A DNA stretch of 64,000 bases from Elusimicrobiota bacterium (GTDB taxonomy: Bacteria > Elusimicrobiota > Elusimicrobia > Elusimicrobiales > UBA9959): NCBI GenBank assembly GCA_036574205.1, contig JAINCQ010000034.1, positions 1-64,000 on the forward strand. The letters run 5' to 3'. Positions 1 through 10,658 of this stretch are shown here, piece after piece (the stretch's first letter is position 1; every line of letters begins with the position of its first letter). Both the position numbers and the translations under genes were made by a program. The notes below the pieces were generated by a model that was not told where the DNA came from, did not search any database, and worked only from the letters and a program-made list of their open reading frames with translations.

Positions 1-1
1 G

Positions 2-136
2 GACTACTTATTATGGTATAATATTGAAAAGCCACATAAAGGATTGAATAACAAAACACCAATGGATTGGTTTTTAGATGAGCAATTTAAAAATCATAAA
101 AAGTCCAATATGTATAGATATCTTACAATTTATTGA
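2..136 (+). mobile_element. 3' end of an IS481-like (rve integrase-core) transposase, truncated by the window edge
   Basis: Frame 2 reads DYLLWYNIEKPHKGLNNKTPMDWFLDEQFKNHKKSNMYRYLTIY*, the YNxx(R/K)PHxxLxxxTP C-terminal motif of IS3/IS481 transposases. A candidate ...ACA terminus lies at 125-127. Not in the ORF track. Confidence 0.75.
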
Positions 137-159
137 AAAAAAATAGTAAAATAATTAAG

Positions 160-933
160 ATGAGATATATAATTTTCTTGTTTTTTCTTTTCTTTTCTTT
201 TCCTTTAGTTTCTATAGAAATATCACTTGAAGAAAATAAAGCTGAAAGCGGAACCGTTGGTTATGTGGATATAACAAGGATTTTTAAAATATTTTCGGTA
301 AATCCAAAGAAAAATTTTGAAAAACTTGTTGCAGAGAAACAGAAGATAATTGATGAAAAGAAGAAGGAAGCTGATTATTATAAAGCCACAAAGGAAAAGC
401 TTAACAGCGAATATCAAATAGCTAAAATGTATGAAGAATTTTATAAAAATATTTCTACTATGACTGATGTCAACAAATCAACGGATATTATCTCTGAGAA
501 TGAAAATTTTGAACAGCAAATATCTACAGACTCATTATTAACTACAACAACAACTTTAGCTACAAGCTCTGATGAGATTCCAAAAATAGAGGATGAACCA
601 TATATAGTTATGCCAGGCATTGGCAAAGTTTCTATTAACAAATTTAAGTTTTCTGTTTCATCTTCTACAATAGAGATAGAAAAGGCTATTAATGAGCTGG
701 ACAATAAAATAATGTCAATAGATAGCGAAATAAATGAAATGAAGGCAAAGTTTGATGATGAGCTTTCAAAAAAAGCTATGAAGGAAAATGAGAAAATATT
801 AAAAAAAATCTACGAGGCCATAGAAGAGGTCGCAGGAGAAGAAGGTGTTAGTGTCATCGTTGATAAAAAAAATATTTTATTTGGAAGAAAAACAGTGGAT
901 TTGACCGATAAAGTGATTGAGAAAATTGATTAG
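160..933 (+). CDS. OmpH/Skp-family periplasmic chaperone with a long internal insertion
   Basis: Signal peptide from ATG 160; N-terminal '[10 protein letters not shown]' and C-terminal '[20 protein letters not shown]...DLTDKVI' OmpH motifs; directly upstream of lpxD. Confidence 0.8.
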   Translation: MRYIIFLFFLFFSFPLVSIEISLEENKAESGTVGYVDITRIFKIFSVNPKKNFEKLVAEKQKIIDEKKKEADYYKATKEKLNSEYQIAKMYEEFYKNISTMTDVNKSTDIISENENFEQQISTDSLLTTTTTLATSSDEIPKIEDEPYIVMPGIGKVSINKFKFSVSSSTIEIEKAINELDNKIMSIDSEINEMKAKFDDELSKKAMKENEKILKKIYEAIEEVAGEEGVSVIVDKKNILFGRKTVDLTDKVIEKID

Positions 934-941
934 GAGCGCGT

Positions 942-1949
942 ATGAGAATGAAAGTCTGTGAAATAGCAAATTTTTTAAAACGTAACTTTTTTGGTGATGG
1001 AGAAACCTTAATTACCAGAGTCTCTTCTATTGAAAATGCAGATTCTAATTCAATAATATTTGTGAATAATGATAAGGATGTAAAAACCTTAACTACTTCT
1101 GCAGGATGTGTTATCGCAAAGGATTATGAAAGTTTTAAATCTTTTAAATCGGTTATAGTTTCCCCCAATCCAAAAGCGGATTTTTCAAAGCTTTTAGCTT
1201 TGATTGAAAAAGAAAATCAGATTGTTTACTCCCCTTTTATCTCAAAACTTTCATCTATAAATCCATCAGCCAAGGTTTCTTCTTCATCTTATGTGGGAGA
1301 TTTTGTCTCCATTGAAGAAGGATCTGTTATAGGAGATAATGTTATTATAGAACATGGTGTTTATATAGGGAAAAATTCAGAAATTGGAGATGGGACAAGG
1401 ATATATCCAAATGTTGTTATAAGGGAGAATGTTAAAATAGGCAAGAGCTGCATAATACATTCAAATTCTGTAATTGGCGGAGATGGTTTTGGTTTTATTC
1501 AAGATAAAGGGATGCATATTAAAATACCGCAGGTTGGAGGGGTAATTATTGAGGATGATGTTGAAATAGGTTCGTGTGTTGCAATAGATAGAGCTACAAT
1601 AGATTTTACTATTATAGGCAGTGGTAGCAAATTGGATAATCTTGTTCATATAGCTCATAATGTAAGGATAGGTAAAAATTGTCTTATATTAGCTCAAGCA
1701 GCAATAGCCGGATCAACTATTATAGGTGATAATGTTATAATAGCCGGTCAGGCAGGAATTAGTGATCACCTTAAAATTGGTGATGGTGCCATTATAATGT
1801 CTCAAAGCGGGGTTATAGGCAATGTGGATAAAAATAAAGTACTTTTTGGAACTCCTGCCAGAGAGAGAGGCGAGTTTATGAGGATAGAAGCTGCTCTTTC
1901 AAAACTTCCAGAAATCTATAAATATTTTTTTAAGAAAATAAAAAAATGA
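942..1949 (+). CDS. lpxD: UDP-3-O-acylglucosamine N-acyltransferase
   Basis: Hexapeptide repeats; 'GGDGFGF', '[17 protein letters not shown]', 'IDRAT', '[12 protein letters not shown]'. Confidence 0.96.
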   Translation: MRMKVCEIANFLKRNFFGDGETLITRVSSIENADSNSIIFVNNDKDVKTLTTSAGCVIAKDYESFKSFKSVIVSPNPKADFSKLLALIEKENQIVYSPFISKLSSINPSAKVSSSSYVGDFVSIEEGSVIGDNVIIEHGVYIGKNSEIGDGTRIYPNVVIRENVKIGKSCIIHSNSVIGGDGFGFIQDKGMHIKIPQVGGVIIEDDVEIGSCVAIDRATIDFTIIGSGSKLDNLVHIAHNVRIGKNCLILAQAAIAGSTIIGDNVIIAGQAGISDHLKIGDGAIIMSQSGVIGNVDKNKVLFGTPARERGEFMRIEAALSKLPEIYKYFFKKIKK

Positions 1950-2797
1950 AAGCTAAAAGAAGAACAATAAAAAACGAATTTATAATAGAAGGAAAAGGCA
2001 TCCATAAGGGCTTAAACAACTTACTTATCGTTCGGCCTCGAATTGAAGGCAAAGGTATAATATTTATTAATACAAACACTGGAGAATTTGTTGAGGCAAG
2101 TATTGGAAATGTTTCAAATCTTGAGCGTGGAACATCTGTTTCTAATGGGAAATTTTCAGTATCTACAATTGAGCATCTTTTATCAGCATTTATGGCTTTT
2201 GATATAGATGATGTTGAAATTGAGATAACCGGCGATGAGATCCCTATTTTAGACGGCTCTGCGAAAACTTTTTCTGATATGATTTTTAAATCAGGGGTGG
2301 TAGATAAAAATGAAGATGTGGATGAGTTTTACGGATTTGAAAATTTTATTTTTGTTAATGGTGAAAGTTTTTATAAAGTTGAAAAGTCTGACTCGTTTAA
2401 AATAGAGTGTTTATATGAACACGACCATCCAATGGTTGGAAGGCAGCTGATTGAGTTTGATATAAATATAGATAACTATGTGAAAGAGATAGCCCCTGCC
2501 AGAACTTTTGGATTTGATTGGGAGATTGAGTATTTAAAAAGCAGGAATCTTGCCCTTGGTGGCTCGCTTGAAAACGCAATAGTTCTTTCAAAAGATTCTA
2601 TGTTAAATACCAAGCCTCTAAGATTTAAAGATGAATTTGTAAGACATAAGATGCTGGATTTGCTTGGTGATTTGAAACTTCTTGGGATGAGATTTTTCAA
2701 TATTAAAATAACAGCATATAGACCTTCGCATAAAGCTAATTATGAATTTTGTAAGCTAATTATGGCAAGGAGAGATTTTTATGGAAAAGCACAGTAA
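1946..2797 (+). CDS. lpxC: UDP-3-O-acyl-GlcNAc deacetylase
   Basis: 'TIEHLLSA', 'EIPILDGSA', 'IAPARTFGF', '[14 protein letters not shown]'. Confidence 0.96.
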   Translation: MKAKRRTIKNEFIIEGKGIHKGLNNLLIVRPRIEGKGIIFINTNTGEFVEASIGNVSNLERGTSVSNGKFSVSTIEHLLSAFMAFDIDDVEIEITGDEIPILDGSAKTFSDMIFKSGVVDKNEDVDEFYGFENFIFVNGESFYKVEKSDSFKIECLYEHDHPMVGRQLIEFDINIDNYVKEIAPARTFGFDWEIEYLKSRNLALGGSLENAIVLSKDSMLNTKPLRFKDEFVRHKMLDLLGDLKLLGMRFFNIKITAYRPSHKANYEFCKLIMARRDFYGKAQ

Positions 2798-3221
2798 AAT
2801 TTTAAATTCTCAAGGAATACTTAAAGCAATACCACATAGATATCCTTTTCTTTTGATAGATAGAGTTGAAATTACAGAAGAAAAAAAATCCGCAAAAGGC
2901 ATTAAATGTGTTACCGCCAATGAACTTTATTTCCATGGACATTTTCCATCTAAACCCATAATGCCGGGTGTATTAATTCTTGAATCTATGGCACAAACGA
3001 CTGCTACACTTATGACATCTGATCCGTCTTTAGAGGGGAAATTGGCATATTTTGCGGGAATAAATAAGGCAAAATTCAGAAAACAGGTTGTGCCGGGTGA
3101 CGTTATGGAAATATATGTAAACGTGGAAAAAATAAAGGGTAAAATAGCTAAAGTTAAAGGAGTTGCTAAAGTTGCCAATGAGATAGTTTGTGAGGCTGAT
3201 CTTATTTTTGCAGTTGAATAA
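2781..3221 (+). CDS. fabZ: 3-hydroxyacyl-ACP dehydratase
   Basis: 'IPHRYPFLLIDRV', 'FHGHFP..PIMPGVLILESMAQ'. Confidence 0.97.
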   Translation: MEKHSKILNSQGILKAIPHRYPFLLIDRVEITEEKKSAKGIKCVTANELYFHGHFPSKPIMPGVLILESMAQTTATLMTSDPSLEGKLAYFAGINKAKFRKQVVPGDVMEIYVNVEKIKGKIAKVKGVAKVANEIVCEADLIFAVE

Positions 3222-3227
3222 AAGATT

Positions 3228-4022
3228 ATGAAAAAAATACATCCTACAGCTATAGTCAATCCTGAGGCAAAAATAGCCGATGGGGTTGAAATAGGTCCTT
3301 ATTCTATTATCGGACATGAAGTTGAAATAGGAGAAAATACCTTCATAGGTCCTTATTGTTTTATAGAGTTTTCTAAAATAGGGGCAAATAATAAGATAAT
3401 TGCCCATGCTGTGATAGGCGCTCCACCACAGGATTATAAATACTCCAATGAAAGAACTTTTGTTGAAATAGGAGATAATAATATTATCCGCGAAGGGGTG
3501 TCTATCCATAGAGGAACACCAGGTGGTCATAAAATAACTAAAGTTGGCTCTGGGTGTTTTTTGATGGCTAACTCTCACATAGGCCATGATTGTGTTGTTG
3601 GGAATAATGTTATTATGGTAAATTGCGCTTCAGCTGCTGGTCATGTTGAAATAGGAGATAACGCAATAATATCTGGACTTTGCGGAATACATCAGTTTAC
3701 AAGGATTGGAAGTTTTGTGATGCTAAGTGGAGGCGCAATGGCTAATCAGGATATTATTCCTTATGTCATAGCGCAGGGCGATAGAGCAAAGCCTGTTGGT
3801 TTGAATATTGTAGGGCTTAAAAGAGCAGGTTTTTCAATTGAATCAATAAAATCAATAAAGCATGCTTTTAAAACTATTTTTAAAAGTGGACTTAAACTTG
3901 AAGTTGCAATTGAAAGGCTGGAAAAAGAACATAGTTCTCCTGAGGTAAAAAAAATTATTGAGTTTATCAAAGGATCTAAAAGAGGAATAGCAAGACCGAG
4001 AAAAATTTTTGAAAATGAATAA
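3228..4022 (+). CDS. lpxA: UDP-N-acetylglucosamine O-acyltransferase
   Basis: 'IHPTAIV', 'PQDYKY', 'IREGVSIHRGT', 'HIGHDC', 'GIHQFTRIG'. Confidence 0.97.
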   Translation: MKKIHPTAIVNPEAKIADGVEIGPYSIIGHEVEIGENTFIGPYCFIEFSKIGANNKIIAHAVIGAPPQDYKYSNERTFVEIGDNNIIREGVSIHRGTPGGHKITKVGSGCFLMANSHIGHDCVVGNNVIMVNCASAAGHVEIGDNAIISGLCGIHQFTRIGSFVMLSGGAMANQDIIPYVIAQGDRAKPVGLNIVGLKRAGFSIESIKSIKHAFKTIFKSGLKLEVAIERLEKEHSSPEVKKIIEFIKGSKRGIARPRKIFENE

Positions 4023-4812
4023 AATAGGGATTATAGCAGGATCTGGAACTCTTCCAGTAGTTGCTGCAAGAAATGCTAAAACTCAAAACATTCAGGTTTA
4101 TACTATAGGATTTAAAAATTTAACAGATCCTGATATTGAAAAATATTCAACTACAAAATATTTTAGTCTTGGTAATATATCATCTCCAATTGAGTTTTTA
4201 AAGAAAAACTGTGTTAATACTGTCATAATGCTTGGAAAGATAGAGCATGTAAATGTTTTCAGGGATTTAAGACCTGATTTGAGAATGGCAAGGATTTTTA
4301 TTAAACTAAAAGATAAAACTCCTATGGGGATATTTAAAACAGTCAGCGAAGAATTAAAAAAAGATGGTATAGACATTCTTGATTCCACTATTTTCCTTAA
4401 AGAACTTATTGCAGAAAAAGGTATTATATGCGGTAAAGTTTCTAGAACTGAGATTGAAGAAATTGATTATGGTTACAATCTGGCGAAGAAAATAGCTGAT
4501 ATGGATATAGGACTTAGTATTGTTATAAAGGACCGTTCAGTTATTTCAGTTGAAGCAATAGAGGGAACGGATGAATGCATAAAAAGAGCTGGCAGCCTTG
4601 TAAAAAAAGGTGGGTTTATATTGATTAAAGTTGCAAGAACAAATCAGGATTTTCGTTTTGATCTGCCTGTTATAGGAACAAAGACTATTGAAGTTTTTTC
4701 CAGTATTGGGGGTAAAATTATTGCAATTGAAAGTGGAAAGACAATTATTATAGATAAAGAAAAGACGATTGAAATGGCAAGAAAATCAGGTATTTCAATA
4801 TTTGGAATATAG
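4009..4812 (+). CDS. lpxI: UDP-2,3-diacylglucosamine pyrophosphatase (start may be ATG 4015)
   Basis: 'IGIIAGSGTLP', 'DIGLS', 'VEAIEGTDECIKR', 'QDFRFDLPVIG'; follows lpxA. Confidence 0.9.
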   Translation: MKMNKIGIIAGSGTLPVVAARNAKTQNIQVYTIGFKNLTDPDIEKYSTTKYFSLGNISSPIEFLKKNCVNTVIMLGKIEHVNVFRDLRPDLRMARIFIKLKDKTPMGIFKTVSEELKKDGIDILDSTIFLKELIAEKGIICGKVSRTEIEEIDYGYNLAKKIADMDIGLSIVIKDRSVISVEAIEGTDECIKRAGSLVKKGGFILIKVARTNQDFRFDLPVIGTKTIEVFSSIGGKIIAIESGKTIIIDKEKTIEMARKSGISIFGI

Positions 4813-4867
4813 TTTTTTAAAAAAAACTTTTTGTATAATATATTAAAAGGATGGGTAAAATCAATTT

Positions 4868-6364
4868 ATGTTAAGGGCAAATCCTCATTTAATAGAAATA
4901 AACACAAGGCTTTTTCTCAATAGAATGAGAGAAAAATATGCTATGCCTGATATGACCCTCAGTCTTATACCGGACGATGAATGGCTTGAGTTAAAACATC
5001 TTGGATTTGATATAGTGTGGCTTATGGGTATCTGGAAAAAAAGCGCTATCTCTGCGGATATATCCAGAGATGAGGAGTTTCTCAGAGATTTTGCAAAGAG
5101 AATAGGCAGGGATACAAGCATAATTTCCGCTTCTCCATATTCAATAGTTGAGTATAAGATGGATGAAAATTTTGGATTTGAATGGGAATTAAAAGCTCTT
5201 AAGGAGAAGCTTAATTCATTTGGGATGAAGTTATATCTTGATTTTGTTTCTAATCACATGGGTATAGACTCCAATTTTTCAAAGGACTGTGTTGATTGTT
5301 TTGTCCTTGCTGATGAAGAAGACTATATTAAAAATAAAGAGTTATTTTGTGAAAAACAAATAGGTGGAAATGTTTATTATATAGCTCATGGGAAAGATCC
5401 AAATTTTCCACCATGGAAAGATACAATACAGCTTAATTATTTTAATCCCCGCACGAGAGAGAAAATGATTTCCCAATTACTAAAAATATCAGAAGTTGCC
5501 GATGGGGTAAGATGTGATATGGTCATGCTTGCCTTAAATGATGTGCATGAAAGCGTATGGGGATGGCTTTTGAGCAAGCGTGGCTATAAAAAACCAGAGA
5601 CAGAATTCTGGCAGCAGGCAATTAACGAAGTTAAAAGCGTAAATCCACAATTTACCTTTATAGCCGAAGTTTACTGGGGACTTGAATGGAGGATTCAGCA
5701 ATTGGGGTTTGATTACACCTACGATAAAGTTTTTTATGATAGATTAAGAAATATGGGTGCTGAGGAAATAAGGGGTCATTTAAGAGCTGAGAAGTTATAT
5801 CAAAAAAAATCGGTTAGGTTTATAGATAATCATGATGAGGAACCGTCTATAACAGCTTTTAAAAACAGAAGAAAAGCGCTTAGTGCTGCTGTTATGGTGT
5901 CAACTGTTAAAGGACTTAGATTTTATAATGATATGCAATTAAATGGTGTTGGAATGAAAGTTCCAGTTCAGATAGCAGAGTTTGATATTGAGAAATATAA
6001 GGATATAGGAGTAGAAAAATTCTACGAAAAACTTCTTAAAATAACTGATCATCCTGCTTTTCATGGAGGGGAGTGGGAGCTTGTTGAGGTATTTCCAATT
6101 AATGAGTATGATAGAAGTTTTAAAAATATAATTGCTTTTAAATGGACGCAGATGAGAACGATTAAGATAGTTGTAGTAAATTATTCTGACTCAAATTCTG
6201 GTGGAAAAATAAATATTTCGCTTAAAGCCAAAGGAGATACCATTGCTCTTTATGAAGAATTTTCTGAGAGATTTTTCTCATATAATGTCAATGATATAAG
6301 CTCTGGCTTGAAGATAGATAACATAGAACCTTACGGTTTCTATATATTTGATTACGAGTTTTAA
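4868..6364 (+). CDS. GH13 alpha-amylase-family glycoside hydrolase
   Basis: Conserved regions 'LDFVSNH', 'DGVRCDM', 'FIAEVY', 'FIDNHDE' with the D/E/D catalytic triad. Confidence 0.9.
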   Translation: MLRANPHLIEINTRLFLNRMREKYAMPDMTLSLIPDDEWLELKHLGFDIVWLMGIWKKSAISADISRDEEFLRDFAKRIGRDTSIISASPYSIVEYKMDENFGFEWELKALKEKLNSFGMKLYLDFVSNHMGIDSNFSKDCVDCFVLADEEDYIKNKELFCEKQIGGNVYYIAHGKDPNFPPWKDTIQLNYFNPRTREKMISQLLKISEVADGVRCDMVMLALNDVHESVWGWLLSKRGYKKPETEFWQQAINEVKSVNPQFTFIAEVYWGLEWRIQQLGFDYTYDKVFYDRLRNMGAEEIRGHLRAEKLYQKKSVRFIDNHDEEPSITAFKNRRKALSAAVMVSTVKGLRFYNDMQLNGVGMKVPVQIAEFDIEKYKDIGVEKFYEKLLKITDHPAFHGGEWELVEVFPINEYDRSFKNIIAFKWTQMRTIKIVVVNYSDSNSGGKINISLKAKGDTIALYEEFSERFFSYNVNDISSGLKIDNIEPYGFYIFDYEF

Positions 6365-7112
6365 ATTTAAAATCAATATGGGGGGAATTTTAGATGTATT
6401 GTCTGATTTAAAAGAAACCTTATCATATCTTTTATTTCCTTCGGTCTGTTTTTATTGCAAAAGGGATATTCCATATAAGCATAAAGATCCTCTTTGCCCG
6501 GATTGTCTTAAGAAAATATTTTATATTTCACCTCCATATTGTTTGATCTGTGGTAGATACCTTTATAATGGCGGGATGTTGTGTTATAGCTGCTTACATA
6601 AAAAACAAAAAAGCTTTTTTGATTTCTCAAGGTCGGTTTTTATGTATGGCGAAGAAATATCTTCTGTTATAGTATCTTATAAATATAGAAAATTTGACTG
6701 GCTTTCTGAATGGCTTTCCCAAAAAATGATTGAAAGGTTTAAAACTTATTCTGAGTTTAATGAATATGATTTGATCACATATGTCCCTATTTCAAAGAGA
6801 AAGCTTAAAGAAAGGGGCTTTAATCAAACTGAACTTTTAGCTAAAAATCTTTCTAAATATTTTAATATTGAATTGGTGGAAGCAGTAAAAAAGATAAAAG
6901 ATTCAAGAAACCAAGTTGAGCTCAATGCAAAAGAAAGAGAAGAGAATGTAAAGGATAGTTTTGAGGTTATTTTACCTGAGAAAGTAAAGGACAGAAAAAT
7001 AATAGTAATAGATGATGTGGCGACAACGATGTCAACATTAAATGAGATAGCAAAAGTTTTAAAAAAGGCAAAAGCAAAAAAAGTTGCCTGTTATACAATT
7101 GCAAGAGAATAA
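6348..7112 (+). CDS. comF: ComF-family protein (double zinc ribbon plus PRTase domain); start may be ATG 6378
   Basis: Four CxxC pairs, 'RGFNQTELL', 'IIVIDDVATT'. Confidence 0.9.
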   Translation: MITSFKFKINMGGILDVLSDLKETLSYLLFPSVCFYCKRDIPYKHKDPLCPDCLKKIFYISPPYCLICGRYLYNGGMLCYSCLHKKQKSFFDFSRSVFMYGEEISSVIVSYKYRKFDWLSEWLSQKMIERFKTYSEFNEYDLITYVPISKRKLKERGFNQTELLAKNLSKYFNIELVEAVKKIKDSRNQVELNAKEREENVKDSFEVILPEKVKDRKIIVIDDVATTMSTLNEIAKVLKKAKAKKVACYTIARE

Positions 7113-7162
7113 AAATCAATACACTTTTTATTTTATCAGATAGCATTTAATATAATTTATTT

Positions 7163-10100
7163 ATGAGAGTAGGCAGGATAGTCAATGAAAGCGCTGCTTT
7201 ATATTATACGCTTAAAAAGGTTATAGAAAACAGCAGGACGTCAATTTTTATAATAGAAGACGACATAGATGTAGAAAGATATTATCAAGTAGCTATTAGT
7301 TTAAATGCTTTATTTGATAATAAAATTGAGATCATGAAATTTGATCTTGACAGGGATAATCAGGCTCGTGCGATAAAATTAGTTTATGAAACTCCCCAAA
7401 GAAAAAAACTTATAATTGGTTCTGAAAAATCATTTAAGACAAGATTTCCAGATAAACAAATGATAAATTTATTTATCTTAAAAGTTGGAGATCATATAAA
7501 AAGAAATGATATAACTGAAAAGCTTATTTCAGCCGGGTTTTCAAAAACTAATTTTGTTGAGAAAAGCGGAGAGTTTGCGACAAGAGGATCGGTAGTTGAT
7601 ATTTTTAATTATGGGGAGGAATTTCCTTATAGGGTTTATTTTGATGGAGATAAGATTGAGGCAATTAGAAAATTTGATATAGAGACACAAAATACATTTG
7701 ATTTCTCAATGGAACTTTCTGTTTTTAATTTAAAGGACTTAAGTAGAGATATTTTCTCTTTTGATTTTGATGTTTATGCTTATAAATGTTCAACAACAAA
7801 TGATGATTTTATTATTCTTCAAGAAGATTTATGTGAAGTTAATGAGAATTTTTTCCCAAATTTAAAATTTTTTTCAACAGATTCTGCTTTTGTTGAGATT
7901 AGCAGGGTGATTGAAAAAGGATTTTCAGTTTTTGTATATGGGCTTAATGAAAAGGAAAATGCAAAGATATTTGAAAGTTTAGATGAGAAAAAGATTGAAT
8001 TAAAAAGGGTTAAATTTTTAACAGGTTATATACCTTCTGGATTTTACAACGATAAAGATTCTATTATGGTTATTTCTTCAAATGAGATATTCAATAGAGG
8101 TTATGAGCATTATTATAGAGATTTAAGAAAAAAAGCGAAGAAATTTTTTAGACTGAATATCCTTGAAAAAGGTAATTTTGTGGTCCATGAAGATTATGGT
8201 GTTGGTATATATAAAGGGATAGTTGATTTTAGTCATAAAGATGAATGGGGAAATATTTATCAGGATGAATGTGTGGAGATAGAATATGCTCATGGAGATA
8301 AGCTTTTTATCCCGCTTAATGATTTTAAAAAAATACAAAAATATATCGGCGCTGAGGGCGGGAAGGTAAAGATATCATCTCTTTCAAGCACGCAGTGGAA
8401 GAATATCAAAGAGAAGGTTAAAAAGGAGGTAGAAACTATTGCCAAGGATATTATACGAGTTGAAGCAAAAAGACGAATGATAAGGTTAAAGCCAATGCTT
8501 AAAACAGAATTTGAGGATGAGTTTGCTATTGACTTTGGATATGAGGAAACTGAGGACCAGAAAAAAGCGATATCAGATGTAATGAAAGACCTTGAAAGTG
8601 GATTGGTTTCTAATAGAGTTATAGTTGGGGATGTTGGATTTGGAAAAACCGAAGTAGCAATGCGTGCGGCTTTTAGGGCAGTTACAAATGGATTTCAGGT
8701 TTGTGTTATGTGTCCCACAACAATTCTTGTGGAACAGCATTATAGGAATTTTAAAAAGAGATTTGAAAAATTTGGCATAAATGTAGCATCCATTTCAAGA
8801 CTTATACCACCAAAAAAACAGAAAGAGATTTTCTCTGATATTTCAAAAGGTGTAATTGATATTATAATAGGAACACATAAACTTCTTTCTAATAATATTA
8901 AATTTAAAAATCTTGGAGTCCTCATTATAGATGAGGAACATAAATTTGGGGTAAAACAAAAGGAAGAAATAAAAAAAAGATATGAAAGTATTCATGTTTT
9001 TTACCTTTCTGCCACTCCAATACCCAGGACCCTTTATCAATCGCTTTCTGATATAAGGAGTATGTCTATCATTGAAACACCTCCTGTAGGAAGACTTTCA
9101 GTAGAAACTAAAGTTATGGGGTATGATGATAATGTCATTATCTGGGCTGTTGATAAAGAGATTAAAAGGGGAGGGCAGGTTTATTATGTCTATAACAGGG
9201 TTGAGTTTATAGAAAGCAAATTAGAAAAACTTACTAAACTTTTACCGGGGATTAAAATAGCGGTTATCCATGGACAGAAAACTGCAGATGAAATAGAGGA
9301 GATCATGCTTGGATTCCTTGAAAAAAAATATGATATGCTTCTTGCTTCCACGATAATAGAATCTGGCATAGATATACCATCTGTTAACACACTTATAGTT
9401 GAAGATGCTCATAAAATGGGGTTAAGTCAGTTGTATCAGTTGAGAGGTAGAATAGGAAGAGAAAAACAGAAAGCATATTGCTATCTTTTTTTCCCTAAAT
9501 GGTTTGAGAAAGATGACGGAAATGTTTTAAATACTGATATGATAAAAAGATTATTTGCCCTTGAAGAGTTTTCAGAACTTGGAAGCGGTTTCAGATTAGC
9601 CATGCGGGATCTTGAAATACGCGGAGCTGGTGAACTTTTAGGAACAAAGCAACATGGTTTTATAAACACAATAGGTCTTGATATGTATGTGAAACTTTTA
9701 AATAATGAGGTAGCAAGGCTTAAGGGTAAGAAAATAGAAGAGGAAGAGGATGTTTTAATAGATGTAAGGATATCAGCTATAATCCCGGAGTCGTATCTTA
9801 ATGACGATATGGAAAGGCTGAATTTTTACAAAAGATTTTTTAATGCCCGTCTTGATGAAATAGATTCAATTGCTAAAAATCTATGTGATATAGCAGGTCC
9901 ACTTCCCAAAGAGACAGAGAACCTTATACATTTGCTTAAGATAAAAAAGATAGCTAAAAGCAAAGGTTTAAGAAAAATAGTTGAAAAAAATGGGAATATA
10001 GAGTTTTATTTTTCAAAAGAAACTAAAAACTTAAATAACGATGTTTTAAGGTGGCAGAAGATTTTTGGTCAAAGGCTTAAATTTTTTAAAACATCTATGG

Positions 10101-10177
10101 GAGATGGTTTTGAGATTAAGATTTTAAATCAGAACAGAATTGATATAATAAAAACTGCGCTTGAAATTGAGATATGA
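7163..10177 (+). CDS. mfd: Transcription-repair coupling factor
   Basis: 'GEFATRGSVVDIF', 'VVHEDYGVGIY', 'GDVGFGKTEVAMRAAF', 'DEEH', 'QLRGRIGR', 'RDLEIRGAG'. Confidence 0.96.
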   Translation: MRVGRIVNESAALYYTLKKVIENSRTSIFIIEDDIDVERYYQVAISLNALFDNKIEIMKFDLDRDNQARAIKLVYETPQRKKLIIGSEKSFKTRFPDKQMINLFILKVGDHIKRNDITEKLISAGFSKTNFVEKSGEFATRGSVVDIFNYGEEFPYRVYFDGDKIEAIRKFDIETQNTFDFSMELSVFNLKDLSRDIFSFDFDVYAYKCSTTNDDFIILQEDLCEVNENFFPNLKFFSTDSAFVEISRVIEKGFSVFVYGLNEKENAKIFESLDEKKIELKRVKFLTGYIPSGFYNDKDSIMVISSNEIFNRGYEHYYRDLRKKAKKFFRLNILEKGNFVVHEDYGVGIYKGIVDFSHKDEWGNIYQDECVEIEYAHGDKLFIPLNDFKKIQKYIGAEGGKVKISSLSSTQWKNIKEKVKKEVETIAKDIIRVEAKRRMIRLKPMLKTEFEDEFAIDFGYEETEDQKKAISDVMKDLESGLVSNRVIVGDVGFGKTEVAMRAAFRAVTNGFQVCVMCPTTILVEQHYRNFKKRFEKFGINVASISRLIPPKKQKEIFSDISKGVIDIIIGTHKLLSNNIKFKNLGVLIIDEEHKFGVKQKEEIKKRYESIHVFYLSATPIPRTLYQSLSDIRSMSIIETPPVGRLSVETKVMGYDDNVIIWAVDKEIKRGGQVYYVYNRVEFIESKLEKLTKLLPGIKIAVIHGQKTADEIEEIMLGFLEKKYDMLLASTIIESGIDIPSVNTLIVEDAHKMGLSQLYQLRGRIGREKQKAYCYLFFPKWFEKDDGNVLNTDMIKRLFALEEFSELGSGFRLAMRDLEIRGAGELLGTKQHGFINTIGLDMYVKLLNNEVARLKGKKIEEEEDVLIDVRISAIIPESYLNDDMERLNFYKRFFNARLDEIDSIAKNLCDIAGPLPKETENLIHLLKIKKIAKSKGLRKIVEKNGNIEFYFSKETKNLNNDVLRWQKIFGQRLKFFKTSMGDGFEIKILNQNRIDIIKTALEIEI

Positions 10178-10377
10178 AAGATAAAAATATAAATAAAGAC
10201 AAATGGACTCAACATCTTCAACTTGGCTTTGAAATATCGGCTTATGTTGTAATTTTCTTTTTTATTGGCTATCTACTTGATAATTATTTTAACTCCAGAC
10301 CTTATCTTACTCTTGTTGGAATATTCTTTGCGATAGTAAGTGTTTTTTATGTAATATGGAAAAGATTTTTGAGATAA
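10174..10377 (+). CDS. AtpZ/AtpI-family small membrane protein (first gene of atp operon)
   Basis: Two TM helices with 'IGYLLDNYFNSRP' motif; upstream of atpB. Confidence 0.85.
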   Translation: MKDKNINKDKWTQHLQLGFEISAYVVIFFFIGYLLDNYFNSRPYLTLVGIFFAIVSVFYVIWKRFLR

Positions 10378-10658
10378 ATGCTTATTCAGCTATTTTAATA
10401 GCTTTGTTTTTTGGTATATTGAATGGCTATTCTATAAGATATTTGCTTTAAAAAAACATAAATGCAAGTGATAAAAAATTTTTTTTGGTATTCACTATTT
10501 CATTTTTATATAAACTTTTTTTTCTTATCATATCGGTTTTGTTATTAAGACATAAAAAAGTTATAATAATATTGTTATATAGCTTCGTTTTGATTATTAC
10601 TCAAATTTTATTTGAAATAAAGCCGATTAAAGATTATGGAACTAAAAGAGATACTTGA
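10356..10658 (+). pseudogene. ATP synthase protein I-like membrane ORF (100 codons) with an in-frame TAA at 10449-10451
   Basis: MEKIFEINAYSAILIALFFGILNGYSIRYLL*KNINASDKKFFLVFTISFLYKLFFLIISVLLL...; about three hydrophobic segments filling the gap before atpB. Confidence 0.7.
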
